Positions 1 to 9,925 of a stretch of 25,131 nucleotides of DNA are shown one piece after another. The position numbers were made by a program, and so were the translations under genes. The notes under the pieces were generated by a model. That model had not been told where the DNA came from. It worked only from the letters and a program-made list of their open reading frames with translations, and searched no databases. Position 1 is the first letter of the stretch, and every line of letters starts with the position of its first letter. Source of the DNA: a virus; the IMG/VR virus record IMGVR_UViG_3300035205_000874. One strand, written 5' to 3'.

Positions 1-1
1 T

Positions 2-736
2 GACCAATATATGGTAGTTTCGGATAGACGAACTAATGAATGGGTTCATGTTGTTTATACAATTGACCATTTATTAAAACGATTACGAATGTATGTAAAT
101 GGTGTTGAAGTAAATGAATCACCAACAGATTTTTTAGGGAAGATTAAAGAGGCAACCAATGTTCCATATTATATTGGATGTGCAAATCCACACGCACGTT
201 TTGAAGATAGGGGATATTTTAAGGGAACGATAGCACAAGTTACTTTGTGGTCAAATTGTATAAGTCCAGAAGAGGCTTCGTATTTGTATAATAGTGGATT
301 TCCACGAAATGTTACGGATAGTAAGAATTTTGATGGTTGGAAACAAGGAACAGAAAAATATAAGTCTGCATCAAATGTAGTCGGTTATTGGAATTTTGAT
401 AATGTTGTAGGTGATATGGTTATTGATAAAAGTGGAAATGATAATCATGCTAAAATACATGGAGCAATTAAAAAAGAAAAAGAATTGAGAATAGGTAGTG
501 TCGCATTAATCCCAAACAGACGAGATGGAAAGTTTACTTGTTTGGAACACGAAGAAAATGGTTGGGGACAAACTAAGTTTACTCATTGGGAAACACGAGA
601 AAATCAATTACGATTTTTTAATAAAGTTAGACGAGGATTAACCGATACAGCAAAAGATGGTTTAAGTTCACTTAAATATGAAGTTATACATCAAGAAGAA
701 TTTTTAGATAAACACGAGTTTATATCAGTAACATGA
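2..736 (+). CDS. 5'-truncated GT7-family glycosyltransferase with inserted LamG/ConA-like domain (C-terminal part only)
   Basis: The frame is open upstream of the ATG at 11 (gac caa tat atg), so the gene runs off the window edge. LamG motifs: WVHVVYTID, LRMYVNGVEV, IAQVTLW, VVGYWNFD, DKSGNDNHAKIHG. These are followed by a GT7 C-terminal tail (GKFTCLEH...NQLRF...DGLSSLKYEV) that parallels the next gene. Confidence 0.8.
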   Translation, partial: DQYMVVSDRRTNEWVHVVYTIDHLLKRLRMYVNGVEVNESPTDFLGKIKEATNVPYYIGCANPHARFEDRGYFKGTIAQVTLWSNCISPEEASYLYNSGFPRNVTDSKNFDGWKQGTEKYKSASNVVGYWNFDNVVGDMVIDKSGNDNHAKIHGAIKKEKELRIGSVALIPNRRDGKFTCLEHEENGWGQTKFTHWETRENQLRFFNKVRRGLTDTAKDGLSSLKYEVIHQEEFLDKHEFISVT

Positions 737-2235
737 GTAAGAAATTAGCAATATGTGTTCCACACTATAAAAGAGAAGAACATCTTAAAAAGTTTGTTCC
801 ACACATGGATGAATTTTTTAAGGACAAAGATATAGAATATAAGATATTTATTGCCAATCAAGTTTATCCAGATAGTGTAAGTGGATTTAACAGAGGAACT
901 GCAAAAAATGTAGCCTATGATGTAGCCCAAAAGGAAGGATACGACTATTTTTGTTTTCATGATATAGATATGGTTCCCGAAGATGATACTTGTGATTATT
1001 CTTATCCAGATAAGGTGGAACATTTAGCAGTTCACGTACAACAATTCGATTATGGATTAAAATATCAAGAGTATTTTGGGGGTTCGATATTATTCACAAA
1101 AGAACATTACGAAAAAATAAATGGTTATTCAAATGGTTATTTTAATTGGGGAATGGAAGATGATGATTTGTTTTACAGAACCAAGAAAAAAGGATTGGCA
1201 CACGAAACTTTTATGAAACATGAATCAGATGAACCACGAGGTTTTTTAAGATTTAATGGTTTGAGTGATTATGTAAAGATAAGTCCAAATGATTCTATAC
1301 GAGAAATTACAAGTGGTAATTTCACAATGGCAGTTCTTGTTAGGGCAGAAGATAGATTTGATATTCCAAAATATTTGATTGGTGATGTTGAGAATAGAAA
1401 ATTTATTCATCAATATGTTTTTGGACGACCAAGTTTTCAAATGGGATTGGGATGGGATAATTCAGATGCATATTCATTTGGATTATTTAATCAAAAGAAT
1501 AAACATTCTTATATGTGGATAAAAAGACATCCTGATGTTTGGACACATTTGATGATTACGGTAAATGTTGATGAGAATGAAATGAGATTTTATTTAAATG
1601 GAAGGGAATCTGATTCACGATTTGGACATGGTTCACAGTCACCATTAGGATTCGAATCACCACTAAAGAGGTATGGTGGAAATCCATTTTATTTAGGTGT
1701 TGGTGATCCCAATAAAGAAGAATCTAATTTCTTTGCAGGTGATATTGCACAAGTTTGTATATGGAATACAGTTTTTGATAAAGATAGAATTGAAGAATAT
1801 TATTCTACGGATTATCCATTCGATGGAAATGATATACAATTATATTACGACTTTTCAAAAATTCAAGATGAGATAGTTTATGATTTTAGTGGTAATGGAA
1901 ATCATGGAGTATTAAATGGATGTTTGATTGGGTTAGAACCCATTGGTAATATTCCACATACGACATTACCATATAGAAATAGAACAGGGAAGTTTTTCTC
2001 TCAGGCACATAAACGAAATGATATGGTAGGTGGTAAATGGGTTCACCAAAAAGATACGAGTGTAAATGAAAGAAGATTTGTAGAAGAAGTTCAAGGTGGA
2101 ATTATAAGTATAGACGAAGATGGACTTACAGATTTAAATTATAGTGTCGTAAAACGAGAGAAGTTATTTGGAACTAAACATGAAATGATAGATTTTCGTT
2201 GTGAACAAGATATACCAAGTCATGTGGAGTTTTAA
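733..2235 (+). CDS. GT7-family (beta-1,4-galactosyltransferase-like) glycosyltransferase with inserted LamG/ConA-like domain
   Basis: GT7 motifs: ICVPHYKREEHL, FNRGTAKNVAY, FHDIDMVP (DxD at 961-969), YFGG, INGYSNGYFNWGMEDDDLFYR. LamG block at about 1240-1920 (FLRFNGLSDYV...WTHLMITV...FYLNG...DFSGNGNHGVLNG). GT7 tail GKFFSQAH...DGLTDLNYSV. ATGA overlap with the upstream gene. Confidence 0.85.
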   Translation: MSKKLAICVPHYKREEHLKKFVPHMDEFFKDKDIEYKIFIANQVYPDSVSGFNRGTAKNVAYDVAQKEGYDYFCFHDIDMVPEDDTCDYSYPDKVEHLAVHVQQFDYGLKYQEYFGGSILFTKEHYEKINGYSNGYFNWGMEDDDLFYRTKKKGLAHETFMKHESDEPRGFLRFNGLSDYVKISPNDSIREITSGNFTMAVLVRAEDRFDIPKYLIGDVENRKFIHQYVFGRPSFQMGLGWDNSDAYSFGLFNQKNKHSYMWIKRHPDVWTHLMITVNVDENEMRFYLNGRESDSRFGHGSQSPLGFESPLKRYGGNPFYLGVGDPNKEESNFFAGDIAQVCIWNTVFDKDRIEEYYSTDYPFDGNDIQLYYDFSKIQDEIVYDFSGNGNHGVLNGCLIGLEPIGNIPHTTLPYRNRTGKFFSQAHKRNDMVGGKWVHQKDTSVNERRFVEEVQGGIISIDEDGLTDLNYSVVKREKLFGTKHEMIDFRCEQDIPSHVEF

Positions 2236-3528
2236 ATGTTATTATTTGGATATGATTTTTATAGTAAAAAGGATTTTATTTTAAGACCAAATGGAACACG
2301 ATATAGAAAAAGAATAATTGGCAAAATTTTTAATTTATATTTACCACCCTGGTGGGGAGATTTGTTACATAAAAATAACATTCTATGGGGATCAGATAGT
2401 GTTAAAAATATAAATAAAAAGTATTATGATTTTAAATGGGTCTATATATTAGAACCACTTGGTGATGCACGGGGGTGGTTAGGAAAATATGATGATGGAA
2501 CTCCTAATCTGATTAAATCATTAACTACTGGAATGAGTAAAGAATCACTTAGTAGTGTTAGAGATAATAAATCAATAATTTGTTTATATCAAGCAGGCGA
2601 GGCCGCCCAAGTTGATTTTATTAATATTAATTTGTTTGAGGAATTTTATAGAGAACTTTTGAATTGTAAAATTGATCCATTAAATTTTATTTTTATTACT
2701 GGTAATATGATTGCCAAAAAACAATTTAATGAATGGAAACCAAATAGTGAGTATAAAGATGAAAAAGATTTTCATATAATAGAATTTTCTGGGTATAGAC
2801 ATATTGACTATAAAAAAAAGTGGAAACTGGCCAAAAAGGACATAGATAAAAAAATAGAAAAACATTTTTTATGTTATAATAGAAATATGGGACATCCACA
2901 TAGGTTATTATTATTATCATTATTGGAGAAAGAAAATCTTATTGATAAGGGATTGGTTTCATATCCAAAATTTAGTATAGAGAATTTTAATGAAAAATTA
3001 ATAGGATTTTTTAGTATTGGAAGGACATACCGAACTAAATTATTACAATGTGCAGAAAGTTTAAAATTAAAAGCACCTTCTGTAATTGATGTTGATGAAT
3101 GGGATACAAATCATTTTGATACTTCCCCACCTTGGCCATATGAAAAAACATTTTTTTCTCTTGTTAGTGAAAGTCAGTTTGTAGAAGATACTCTTTTTTT
3201 AAGTGAAAAAATATGGAAGTCCATAGCAAATAAACATCCATTTGTTTTAGCAGGGAGTTATAAAACATTAGATTATTTACATAAAGAAGGGTTTAAAACT
3301 TTTCATCCATTTATAGATGAATCATATGATAAAGAAAAGCATCCGTACAGAAGAATTACAAAAATAATAAAAGAAGTAAAAAAATTATGTTTAATGAATC
3401 AATCAGAAATAAATAAATTTTTATCTGATATTGATGAAATAATTGAATTTAACTATAATAAATTAATGAATGATCATTATAATATTGATAGAACATTTAA
3501 CGAATTAGAGTCAATAACAAATGCATAA
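2236..3528 (+). CDS. Putative glycosyltransferase, GT10-like paralogue 1
   Basis: HFLCYNR..HPHR...GLVS and FFSLVSESQF...FLSEKIWK...HPF...GFKTF..FIDESYD. The latter resembles the alpha-1,3-fucosyltransferase (GT10) E-N/S...TEK motif and is shared with four other ORFs here. Confidence 0.55.
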   Translation: MLLFGYDFYSKKDFILRPNGTRYRKRIIGKIFNLYLPPWWGDLLHKNNILWGSDSVKNINKKYYDFKWVYILEPLGDARGWLGKYDDGTPNLIKSLTTGMSKESLSSVRDNKSIICLYQAGEAAQVDFININLFEEFYRELLNCKIDPLNFIFITGNMIAKKQFNEWKPNSEYKDEKDFHIIEFSGYRHIDYKKKWKLAKKDIDKKIEKHFLCYNRNMGHPHRLLLLSLLEKENLIDKGLVSYPKFSIENFNEKLIGFFSIGRTYRTKLLQCAESLKLKAPSVIDVDEWDTNHFDTSPPWPYEKTFFSLVSESQFVEDTLFLSEKIWKSIANKHPFVLAGSYKTLDYLHKEGFKTFHPFIDESYDKEKHPYRRITKIIKEVKKLCLMNQSEINKFLSDIDEIIEFNYNKLMNDHYNIDRTFNELESITNA

Positions 3529-4105
3529 CCAAATGTTAATCATAGGTTCTAAAGGTGGAGTTGGAAACGAATGCGTAAAATATTTTTCAATGATCTATGA
3601 AGTTATTACAATTTCAAGAGATGAAGGTGATTTAAGGGACAAGAATTTTTTAAAAACTTTGGTTGATAAATATAATCCGAGTGTAGTTATAAATTGTGCG
3701 GGAGTCTACCAGAAAGATTTTTATGAAACCTTTGAAAGTAACTTTTTATCTGCTTCATTTTTAACTTTAGAATTTTATAAAAAAATGAAAAGAGGACATA
3801 TTATTAATATATGCAGTTCAGCTGCAAATTCGAGTGGATGGAAAGGAATAGATTATGACAGAATAACATATAATGTTTCTAAATCTTCTCTTAAAAAATT
3901 TAGTAATATGTTACAATCATCTAAAAATAAATCTGTAAAGGTTACAGCATTAGAACCTGCACAGATAAATACAAAAATGTTAAAACATAAATCTAAAAAT
4001 ATTATTCCAATAGAACCATTTTATATAGTAGAAGTTATTCATTGGATATTAAATCAACCTGATAATGTAATTATCAGTAGTATGGAAATTCAAAATGATA
4101 GTTGA
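3521..4105 (+). CDS. Short-chain dehydrogenase/reductase (SDR)
   Basis: IIGSKGGVG Rossmann motif, VINCAGV, IINICSSAA, catalytic YNVSK (YxxxK), LEPAQINT. Confidence 0.85.
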   Translation: MHNQMLIIGSKGGVGNECVKYFSMIYEVITISRDEGDLRDKNFLKTLVDKYNPSVVINCAGVYQKDFYETFESNFLSASFLTLEFYKKMKRGHIINICSSAANSSGWKGIDYDRITYNVSKSSLKKFSNMLQSSKNKSVKVTALEPAQINTKMLKHKSKNIIPIEPFYIVEVIHWILNQPDNVIISSMEIQNDS

Positions 4106-5222
4106 TTATAATGATTTAGAAGTATGTCAAATAGAATTAACTACTGAATGTGGAGCTGGATGTCCACAATGTCCACGAAATGTTTATGGTGGTAAAACGG
4201 TTGAAGATTTACCAATATGCGAGTTGTCGTTAGATGATATTAAGAATATACTTCCAATAGAATTAGTTCAGAGATTAAGATTGGTTTTCTTCTGTGGAAC
4301 TTATGGTGATCCGATTTGGGCAAAGGATATATTACCAGTAATAAAGTGGTTAAGGGGAGTAAATTCAAAGTTGGAAATTGGATTAAATACTAATGGTTCT
4401 GCTAGAACTGAAAAATGGTGGAGTGAAATGGCAGATGTTCTTGGTGATGATGGTTATGTAGTTTTTAGTATTGATGGAGATGAAGAAACAAATCATATTT
4501 ATAGAAGATGGACAGATTATAATAAAGTTATTAGGAATGCAAAATCTTTTATAAAGAGTGGTGGAGAGGCAATATGGGAATTTCTTGTATTTCGGCATAA
4601 CGAACATCAAGTAGATGATATAGAAAAACTTGCTCGAGAACTTGGATTCAAAAGGTTTACTTCTAAAAAGACTGGAAGATTTTTAACAAAAGACCATACG
4701 ATTATAGAAAGACAAGAGGTTTTGGATAAGGAAGGTAATATTGAATATTATTTAGAAAAACCAAGACAAGAAAAATATAGAAATGTTTCGTTAGAGAAGA
4801 TTGATAATATTATAAAGGAAGTTAGTTCATTTGATGATTATCTTGATGAAGTTCCGATAAAATGTCTTGTTAAATCTAAGAAAGAAATATATCTTTCTGC
4901 AGAAGGACTTTTAGTTCCTTGTGGATGGTTACATGATAGAATGTATGGAGAATATGTTAAAGATAGTAAATCATCAAAACAGTTTTGGAATTTAATTTAT
5001 AATACAGGTGGAAAAGATAAATTAAATGCAAAAATTAATTCTTTAAAAGATATTATAGAAGGGGATTTGTTTAGAAAAGTTAGTGAATCTTGGATTAAAG
5101 ATTCAATTAAAGATGGTAAAATGGAACGGTGTGCCGTAGTTTGTGGCCAAGATTTGGATATTTTAAAAAGTCAGGCTTCTAAAATTTATCGGTATGAGAG
5201 CTATAAGGATATACAATCATGA
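4095..5222 (+). CDS. Radical SAM protein with C-terminal SPASM/twitch-like region
   Basis: ELTTECGAGCPQCPR (CxxxCxxC), CGTYGDP, TNGS, FSIDG. C-terminal cysteines in IKC, LVPCGW and RCAVVCG. Confidence 0.9.
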   Translation: MIVDYNDLEVCQIELTTECGAGCPQCPRNVYGGKTVEDLPICELSLDDIKNILPIELVQRLRLVFFCGTYGDPIWAKDILPVIKWLRGVNSKLEIGLNTNGSARTEKWWSEMADVLGDDGYVVFSIDGDEETNHIYRRWTDYNKVIRNAKSFIKSGGEAIWEFLVFRHNEHQVDDIEKLARELGFKRFTSKKTGRFLTKDHTIIERQEVLDKEGNIEYYLEKPRQEKYRNVSLEKIDNIIKEVSSFDDYLDEVPIKCLVKSKKEIYLSAEGLLVPCGWLHDRMYGEYVKDSKSSKQFWNLIYNTGGKDKLNAKINSLKDIIEGDLFRKVSESWIKDSIKDGKMERCAVVCGQDLDILKSQASKIYRYESYKDIQS

Positions 5223-6334
5223 CACCAATTTATGAACATACTTGGGATTTTACTAATAAAGATGTCCGCAGCCAAAAGATAACGTATTGTGGATGGAGAT
5301 ACATAGCGTATGTTGTATTGGGGACAAAAAAATTTAAGTTATCAAATATTAATCCTGAATATGATGATAGATCAGATGAATGGTCTTGGATACAAATGGA
5401 AGGTATGAGACAATGGCCGGCATATCAAGCATGGGACAACCCGTTTTCAGTAGATCAGGAAGATATTGGTTTTGAATCAATAGTAGAGGCCATAGAAAAA
5501 TTACCAAATAAAAATAAAATTATTATTGATAAAGCTACGGAATTTTGTTCATTTCCTTCAGCAGAAAATTTATTTAAACGGGTTCAGAAGAAATATCCAA
5601 ATACTGAAATGGTAATTACTTTTAATGACAATAGAAATTTCAACACAGATTTAACTTATTTTCCCAGTTTGGCATATTGGTATTATGTATGGAATCAAAA
5701 TCAGAATAGGTTAGAATTCATTAGAGATAATACTAAAAATGAGGTTAGGAATAAATTATTTATTTCAAGAAATATGTTACCAAAACAGCATAGATTAGAT
5801 TTTGTTGAAAAAATTAAAGAAAATGGATTAATAGAAAAGGGAATTGTAAGTCGTGGTTGGGAAGATCCACCTGTGTATATAGAAGGTTCTGATTATAATG
5901 GTGACGAGAAAAATGAGTCTAAATTGATAGATTATTATAATCAAACTTTTACTGAGGTAGTAATGGAATCTGATTTTAAACATGATTATAAGTATGTATT
6001 TGGGTTTTTTGATGGAGAAAAAAGCTTTCGTCCTTTTTTGATGTGTCAAATACCATTGATATTTTCTTTTCCTAATTTTTATAAATATTTGAGAATAGCA
6101 GGATTTGATATGTTTGACGATGTAATCGATACCTCATTTGATACTGAATTAGATTACGATAAAAAGATGGATATTATAATTGATAATGTTAGTTTAGTTG
6201 AAAAGAATTGCACTTCTAATGGAAAATTTAAAGATGAAATTTGGAAAAGATTAAAGAAAAACCAAGAACATTTTCTTGACTTAAAAAATTATTATAATTA
6301 TTGGTGGTCTCAATATGAATTTCATTGTAGATAA
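5219..6334 (+). CDS. Putative glycosyltransferase, GT10-like paralogue 2 (most divergent)
   Basis: LFISRNM..KQHR...GIVS; TFTEVVMES...GEKSFRPF...IPL...GFDMFDDVIDTSFD. Confidence 0.5.
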   Translation: MTPIYEHTWDFTNKDVRSQKITYCGWRYIAYVVLGTKKFKLSNINPEYDDRSDEWSWIQMEGMRQWPAYQAWDNPFSVDQEDIGFESIVEAIEKLPNKNKIIIDKATEFCSFPSAENLFKRVQKKYPNTEMVITFNDNRNFNTDLTYFPSLAYWYYVWNQNQNRLEFIRDNTKNEVRNKLFISRNMLPKQHRLDFVEKIKENGLIEKGIVSRGWEDPPVYIEGSDYNGDEKNESKLIDYYNQTFTEVVMESDFKHDYKYVFGFFDGEKSFRPFLMCQIPLIFSFPNFYKYLRIAGFDMFDDVIDTSFDTELDYDKKMDIIIDNVSLVEKNCTSNGKFKDEIWKRLKKNQEHFLDLKNYYNYWWSQYEFHCR

Positions 6335-7517
6335 AATAGATATACCATTGGGGTTTTTTGATAGGGCCGAAAGTTCTTTTATGGAATGCTCAAATTGGCA
6401 AAGTTTTTCGAAATGGGATATAAAAATAAATAAACGAACACTCGATAATTTAGGGGAAGATAATAATTTTTATCCATTATGGAGTGGGTGTAAAAATAAA
6501 CTTGATAAGTCAAAAGTAGAATTAATTAATCAAGGTAAAATGAAATTACTTTTAGTATGTGATGGTGAAGCATTACAAGAGCTGACATTAAATTGGGTGA
6601 TGGGTTTAATAAAAGAATGGAATTTGAATTCTAAACAAGTGATTTTTATGTCATATGAATTACGAAGTGATGAAACTTATAAATTATTATTAGACGAGTT
6701 TCCTAAATTTAGACAATATCCAATAAATGTTATTGGTATGGATACTTATGTTTTTGAACCATATTCTAATTATGGAGATTTACCATTACCAACTGAGGAT
6801 AAAAAACTATATAAGTATGTTTGTTATAATGCCAATGGAAAAGAATACAGACAATTTTTGGTTACAGAATTGTTTAGACGGGGATTAGATAAACATGGTT
6901 TAATATCATTGTTGTATAGATACGGAAGTCCAAATCAAATATTAGATGGGTTTACAGAACGACTTGGATTTGATGTTAATAGTGGAATTGGAAAATTGAA
7001 TGATGAATATGCAAAAACAGAAATGGTAAAACGAGTTCCATTAGTATTAGATAGGTCAATGGAATCCGTAGATAAAAATGATAGACCAGTTGATGTAAAT
7101 CATATTAAAAATTCATATTTTAATATAGTAACAGAAAGTTATATGTATAATACATCGTTACCACAATCTCATAAAACTATTTTTGAGATGAGTGAAAAAA
7201 CTTATAAGGCACTTAATTGTCAACCATTTATTCATTTAGGAAGTTATGGTGTTTTAAAATATATGAAGTCAATGGGATATGAAACTTTTCCTGAATTGTT
7301 TGATGAGAGTTATGATGATATTATAAATCATACTGATAGATTATTGGCTGTAGTTAATGCGATAGAAAAAGTTTGTAAAATGGATGATAAAGAATTTCAT
7401 AATATCTATTGTGAAAGTATTATACCAAAGGTTATCCATAATCGAGAATTGGTACGTTCAAAAGAAATAAAAGAAAAAATATGGAATAAATTTACTGAAG
7501 ATTTGTTACGGTTATGA
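6315..7517 (+). CDS. Putative glycosyltransferase, GT10-like paralogue 3
   Basis: YVCYNA..KEYR...GLIS; SYFNIVTES...MSEKTYK...QPF..LG...GYETF..LFDESYD. Confidence 0.55.
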   Translation: MNFIVDKIDIPLGFFDRAESSFMECSNWQSFSKWDIKINKRTLDNLGEDNNFYPLWSGCKNKLDKSKVELINQGKMKLLLVCDGEALQELTLNWVMGLIKEWNLNSKQVIFMSYELRSDETYKLLLDEFPKFRQYPINVIGMDTYVFEPYSNYGDLPLPTEDKKLYKYVCYNANGKEYRQFLVTELFRRGLDKHGLISLLYRYGSPNQILDGFTERLGFDVNSGIGKLNDEYAKTEMVKRVPLVLDRSMESVDKNDRPVDVNHIKNSYFNIVTESYMYNTSLPQSHKTIFEMSEKTYKALNCQPFIHLGSYGVLKYMKSMGYETFPELFDESYDDIINHTDRLLAVVNAIEKVCKMDDKEFHNIYCESIIPKVIHNRELVRSKEIKEKIWNKFTEDLLRL

Positions 7518-8782
7518 AGATTAATGAATATATACAAGTAAAGGAAGACCTCGATATAGTAGAATTTTTTGAAATTTGTGAAAAAAGGGATGTTGACATA
7601 GAATATGTAGAGAAGTGTGATGTATCAGAATTAACAGGATGGACAGATCAAATTGATGATATTCTACACGATGAAAAATACGGTTTTTTTAAAGAATTTG
7701 ATAAACACCTGTATTCAACTGGTTTTTATGAATGGAGAGAAATTCCAAGTCATAATTTTTGGTTATGGAAGTGGATGTCACAAACAATTTTAGAGGATGG
7801 TTTGATGTATCCTTTTTCTTTTTGTTGTATAGATTCATTTAAGTATAATGAAGATGAATGGAATGATCTAATTCATCCTGGTTCAAATACTGAAGATAAA
7901 GATAATTTTGGATGGACTAATGTGTGGCGTGAAGAAGGTAAAAAGAGTTACACTTTACATCCTGGAACAGGCAGGATAGTATCAGCTATATTTGCAGGAA
8001 TAACTCACGTTCCAGCTTTAATATTTTCTAAAAAAAGTCATAATATAACTCATGGTGGAATTAAGATAAAAAATTTAGATGATTTAAAGATAAATATTTT
8101 GGATAAAATTACAAATAAAGGATTTGAAAATACACAATTAAAAATACAAATCGAGTGGGATGAGGAATTTTATTCTATAGATAATCCATTTGAATTAATT
8201 AAGTTTAATATTTTATTAAGGAATGGGGATTATCATTATTTGTGCTGGGAATGGGACTCATTTAATCAATATAGTTTGATATCAAAAAATAGTATTCCAT
8301 TTAAAATTTATATTGGAAATTGTAAGACAGATTATGAATATCAAGAATGTTGTAAAAGAATATTGGATAGTCATATTAAACATCCAAAAGATGGAATACA
8401 AGTATTTGATGGGTTGAATGAGTTGGGCGAAAAGACTCACAAAATATTTAATTATGATCATAATCGAAAGTTAGATTTTTATGTCTTATCCAAAGAAGAA
8501 ACACAGAATCAGTTTATTGTGACTTTTGAAAGATTCGATGGACTTAGATATGAAATTCCCAAGAAAAATAATTTTAAGGGATTTTGTTTATATACAGATT
8601 CACAGATGAAGTGGACAAGAAGTGTTTGGGAAATGTTTTTATATGGGAACACAAATAAGGCATGGTCTAAATATAATGATAAAATAGTATTTTTTAATTG
8701 TGAGCATTCATCTTGGAAATATACTAATAAACCATTAAAAGAGCATACTGGATTACTACCAAAGGTATATTATGAATTATAA
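7514..8782 (+). CDS. Unknown protein with ParB/sulfiredoxin-like N-terminal domain, paralogue A
   Basis: WMSQTILEDGLMYPF...YTLHPGTGRIVSAIFAGITHVPALI matches the ParB/Srx pattern. C-terminal domain (PFKIYIGNC, GFCLYTDS, FNCEH.SWK) is shared with 8772-9914 and 19588-20652. Confidence 0.5.
   Translation: MKINEYIQVKEDLDIVEFFEICEKRDVDIEYVEKCDVSELTGWTDQIDDILHDEKYGFFKEFDKHLYSTGFYEWREIPSHNFWLWKWMSQTILEDGLMYPFSFCCIDSFKYNEDEWNDLIHPGSNTEDKDNFGWTNVWREEGKKSYTLHPGTGRIVSAIFAGITHVPALIFSKKSHNITHGGIKIKNLDDLKINILDKITNKGFENTQLKIQIEWDEEFYSIDNPFELIKFNILLRNGDYHYLCWEWDSFNQYSLISKNSIPFKIYIGNCKTDYEYQECCKRILDSHIKHPKDGIQVFDGLNELGEKTHKIFNYDHNRKLDFYVLSKEETQNQFIVTFERFDGLRYEIPKKNNFKGFCLYTDSQMKWTRSVWEMFLYGNTNKAWSKYNDKIVFFNCEHSSWKYTNKPLKEHTGLLPKVYYEL
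8693..8782 (+). repeat. 90-bp dispersed repeat, copy 1 (3' end of paralogue A plus overlapping start of the next gene)
   Basis: Ungapped match to 20563-20652, 76/90 nt by hand count. Confidence 0.85.
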
Positions 8783-9914
8783 AATTTATAAAATAAATGA
8801 TACAAATTTTTTAATGAATCAGGACGATGATTTTTATAGATATGAAGAAGAACTTGATAGAATTGAATATGTTCGTGATTTAGATATTTTCCAATATGAA
8901 AAATTAATAGATGGAGTCGGAGACAATCTTTTTGAACGGGAAAGGTATCAATCTAAAGTTCATAATGTAAATATTTTTGACTATATAAAGAATTGTGATA
9001 AATTAAAAATTGAGACAGGACAAGGGGAAGTATTAGCTAAAGGTAATTTTTTTTATATTAAAAGTACAATGCAAAGTATGTTAAAAAATGGTAAGTTATC
9101 CTTTCCAATAGTAATTAAAGAATCCGATGATGGTGTATATGCAATAAATCCCGGACATTTCGCCACTCAATGTATGATGAGATGTGGTATAACAAAAGTG
9201 TCGTGTCTTATTTATAAAAATAAAAATACCAATTTAGATTTTGGTGGTATAAAAATAAAATCGATAAATGATTACATCAATTATGTTTTAAAGGATATAA
9301 GTTTATTGCCCTATCGTATATCAGATAATATTGTACTTAGATATGATTCTGATCTAAAAATATTTGAATCATATTTTTTTGGTGATACTTTAAACGAAGA
9401 AACAATAAAAATATTCTTCAGAAAAAGATTATGGCCAGCAGCCTATAACGATAAATGTTTTATAGATGATTTTCCACATTCATATGGTAAAATAGCAAAA
9501 AATACTTTTCCTTTGAAAGTTTTTATTGGAAATTGTGAAAAAGAATTTGATTTTGAACAATGTAAAAAAAGAATATTGGAATCTGTTGGAAGATTTGTTC
9601 CTCCTGGTCCCTATTATAAAGATGCAATAGCTAATAATCTTGATGTGGTTTTTAATAAATGGGATGGGAATACAAATGATATTCCATATCATAATAAAGG
9701 ATTTTGTATATATACAGATTCAAATGTTTTATGGAACGAATCCATTTTTAATTTGTTATTTTTTACACACTCTAAAAAGATTATCATGAAGGATGCTAAT
9801 GATAGAGTAATTATATTTAATTGTCAACATCCTTTTTGGAAAAACAACAGTAAAGTTGATAACATTAAGCAAGAAAATATTGGTATTATACCAGATTATT
9901 ATACTTATATATAA
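8772..9914 (+). CDS. Unknown protein with ParB/sulfiredoxin-like N-terminal domain, paralogue B
   Basis: MQSMLKNGKLSFPIVIKESDDGVYAINPGHF...CGITKVSCLI. Shared C-terminal motifs PLKVFIGNC, GFCIYTDS, FNCQHPFWK. Confidence 0.5.
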   Translation: MNYKIYKINDTNFLMNQDDDFYRYEEELDRIEYVRDLDIFQYEKLIDGVGDNLFERERYQSKVHNVNIFDYIKNCDKLKIETGQGEVLAKGNFFYIKSTMQSMLKNGKLSFPIVIKESDDGVYAINPGHFATQCMMRCGITKVSCLIYKNKNTNLDFGGIKIKSINDYINYVLKDISLLPYRISDNIVLRYDSDLKIFESYFFGDTLNEETIKIFFRKRLWPAAYNDKCFIDDFPHSYGKIAKNTFPLKVFIGNCEKEFDFEQCKKRILESVGRFVPPGPYYKDAIANNLDVVFNKWDGNTNDIPYHNKGFCIYTDSNVLWNESIFNLLFFTHSKKIIMKDANDRVIIFNCQHPFWKNNSKVDNIKQENIGIIPDYYTYI

Positions 9915-9918
9915 GGAG
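9913..9918 (+). promoter_or_regulatory. Shine-Dalgarno site (AAGGAG) for the transaldolase-family gene
   Basis: AAGGAG lies 7 nt upstream of the ATG at 9926. Confidence 0.7.
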
Positions 9919-9925
9919 TTATGAT

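Noticed and set aside
7514-9914. ParB-like genes as a chromosome or plasmid partition system
   Set aside because: No ParA, no HTH or dimerisation domain and no parS-like palindromes seen; the canonical GxRR arginine patch is not conserved.
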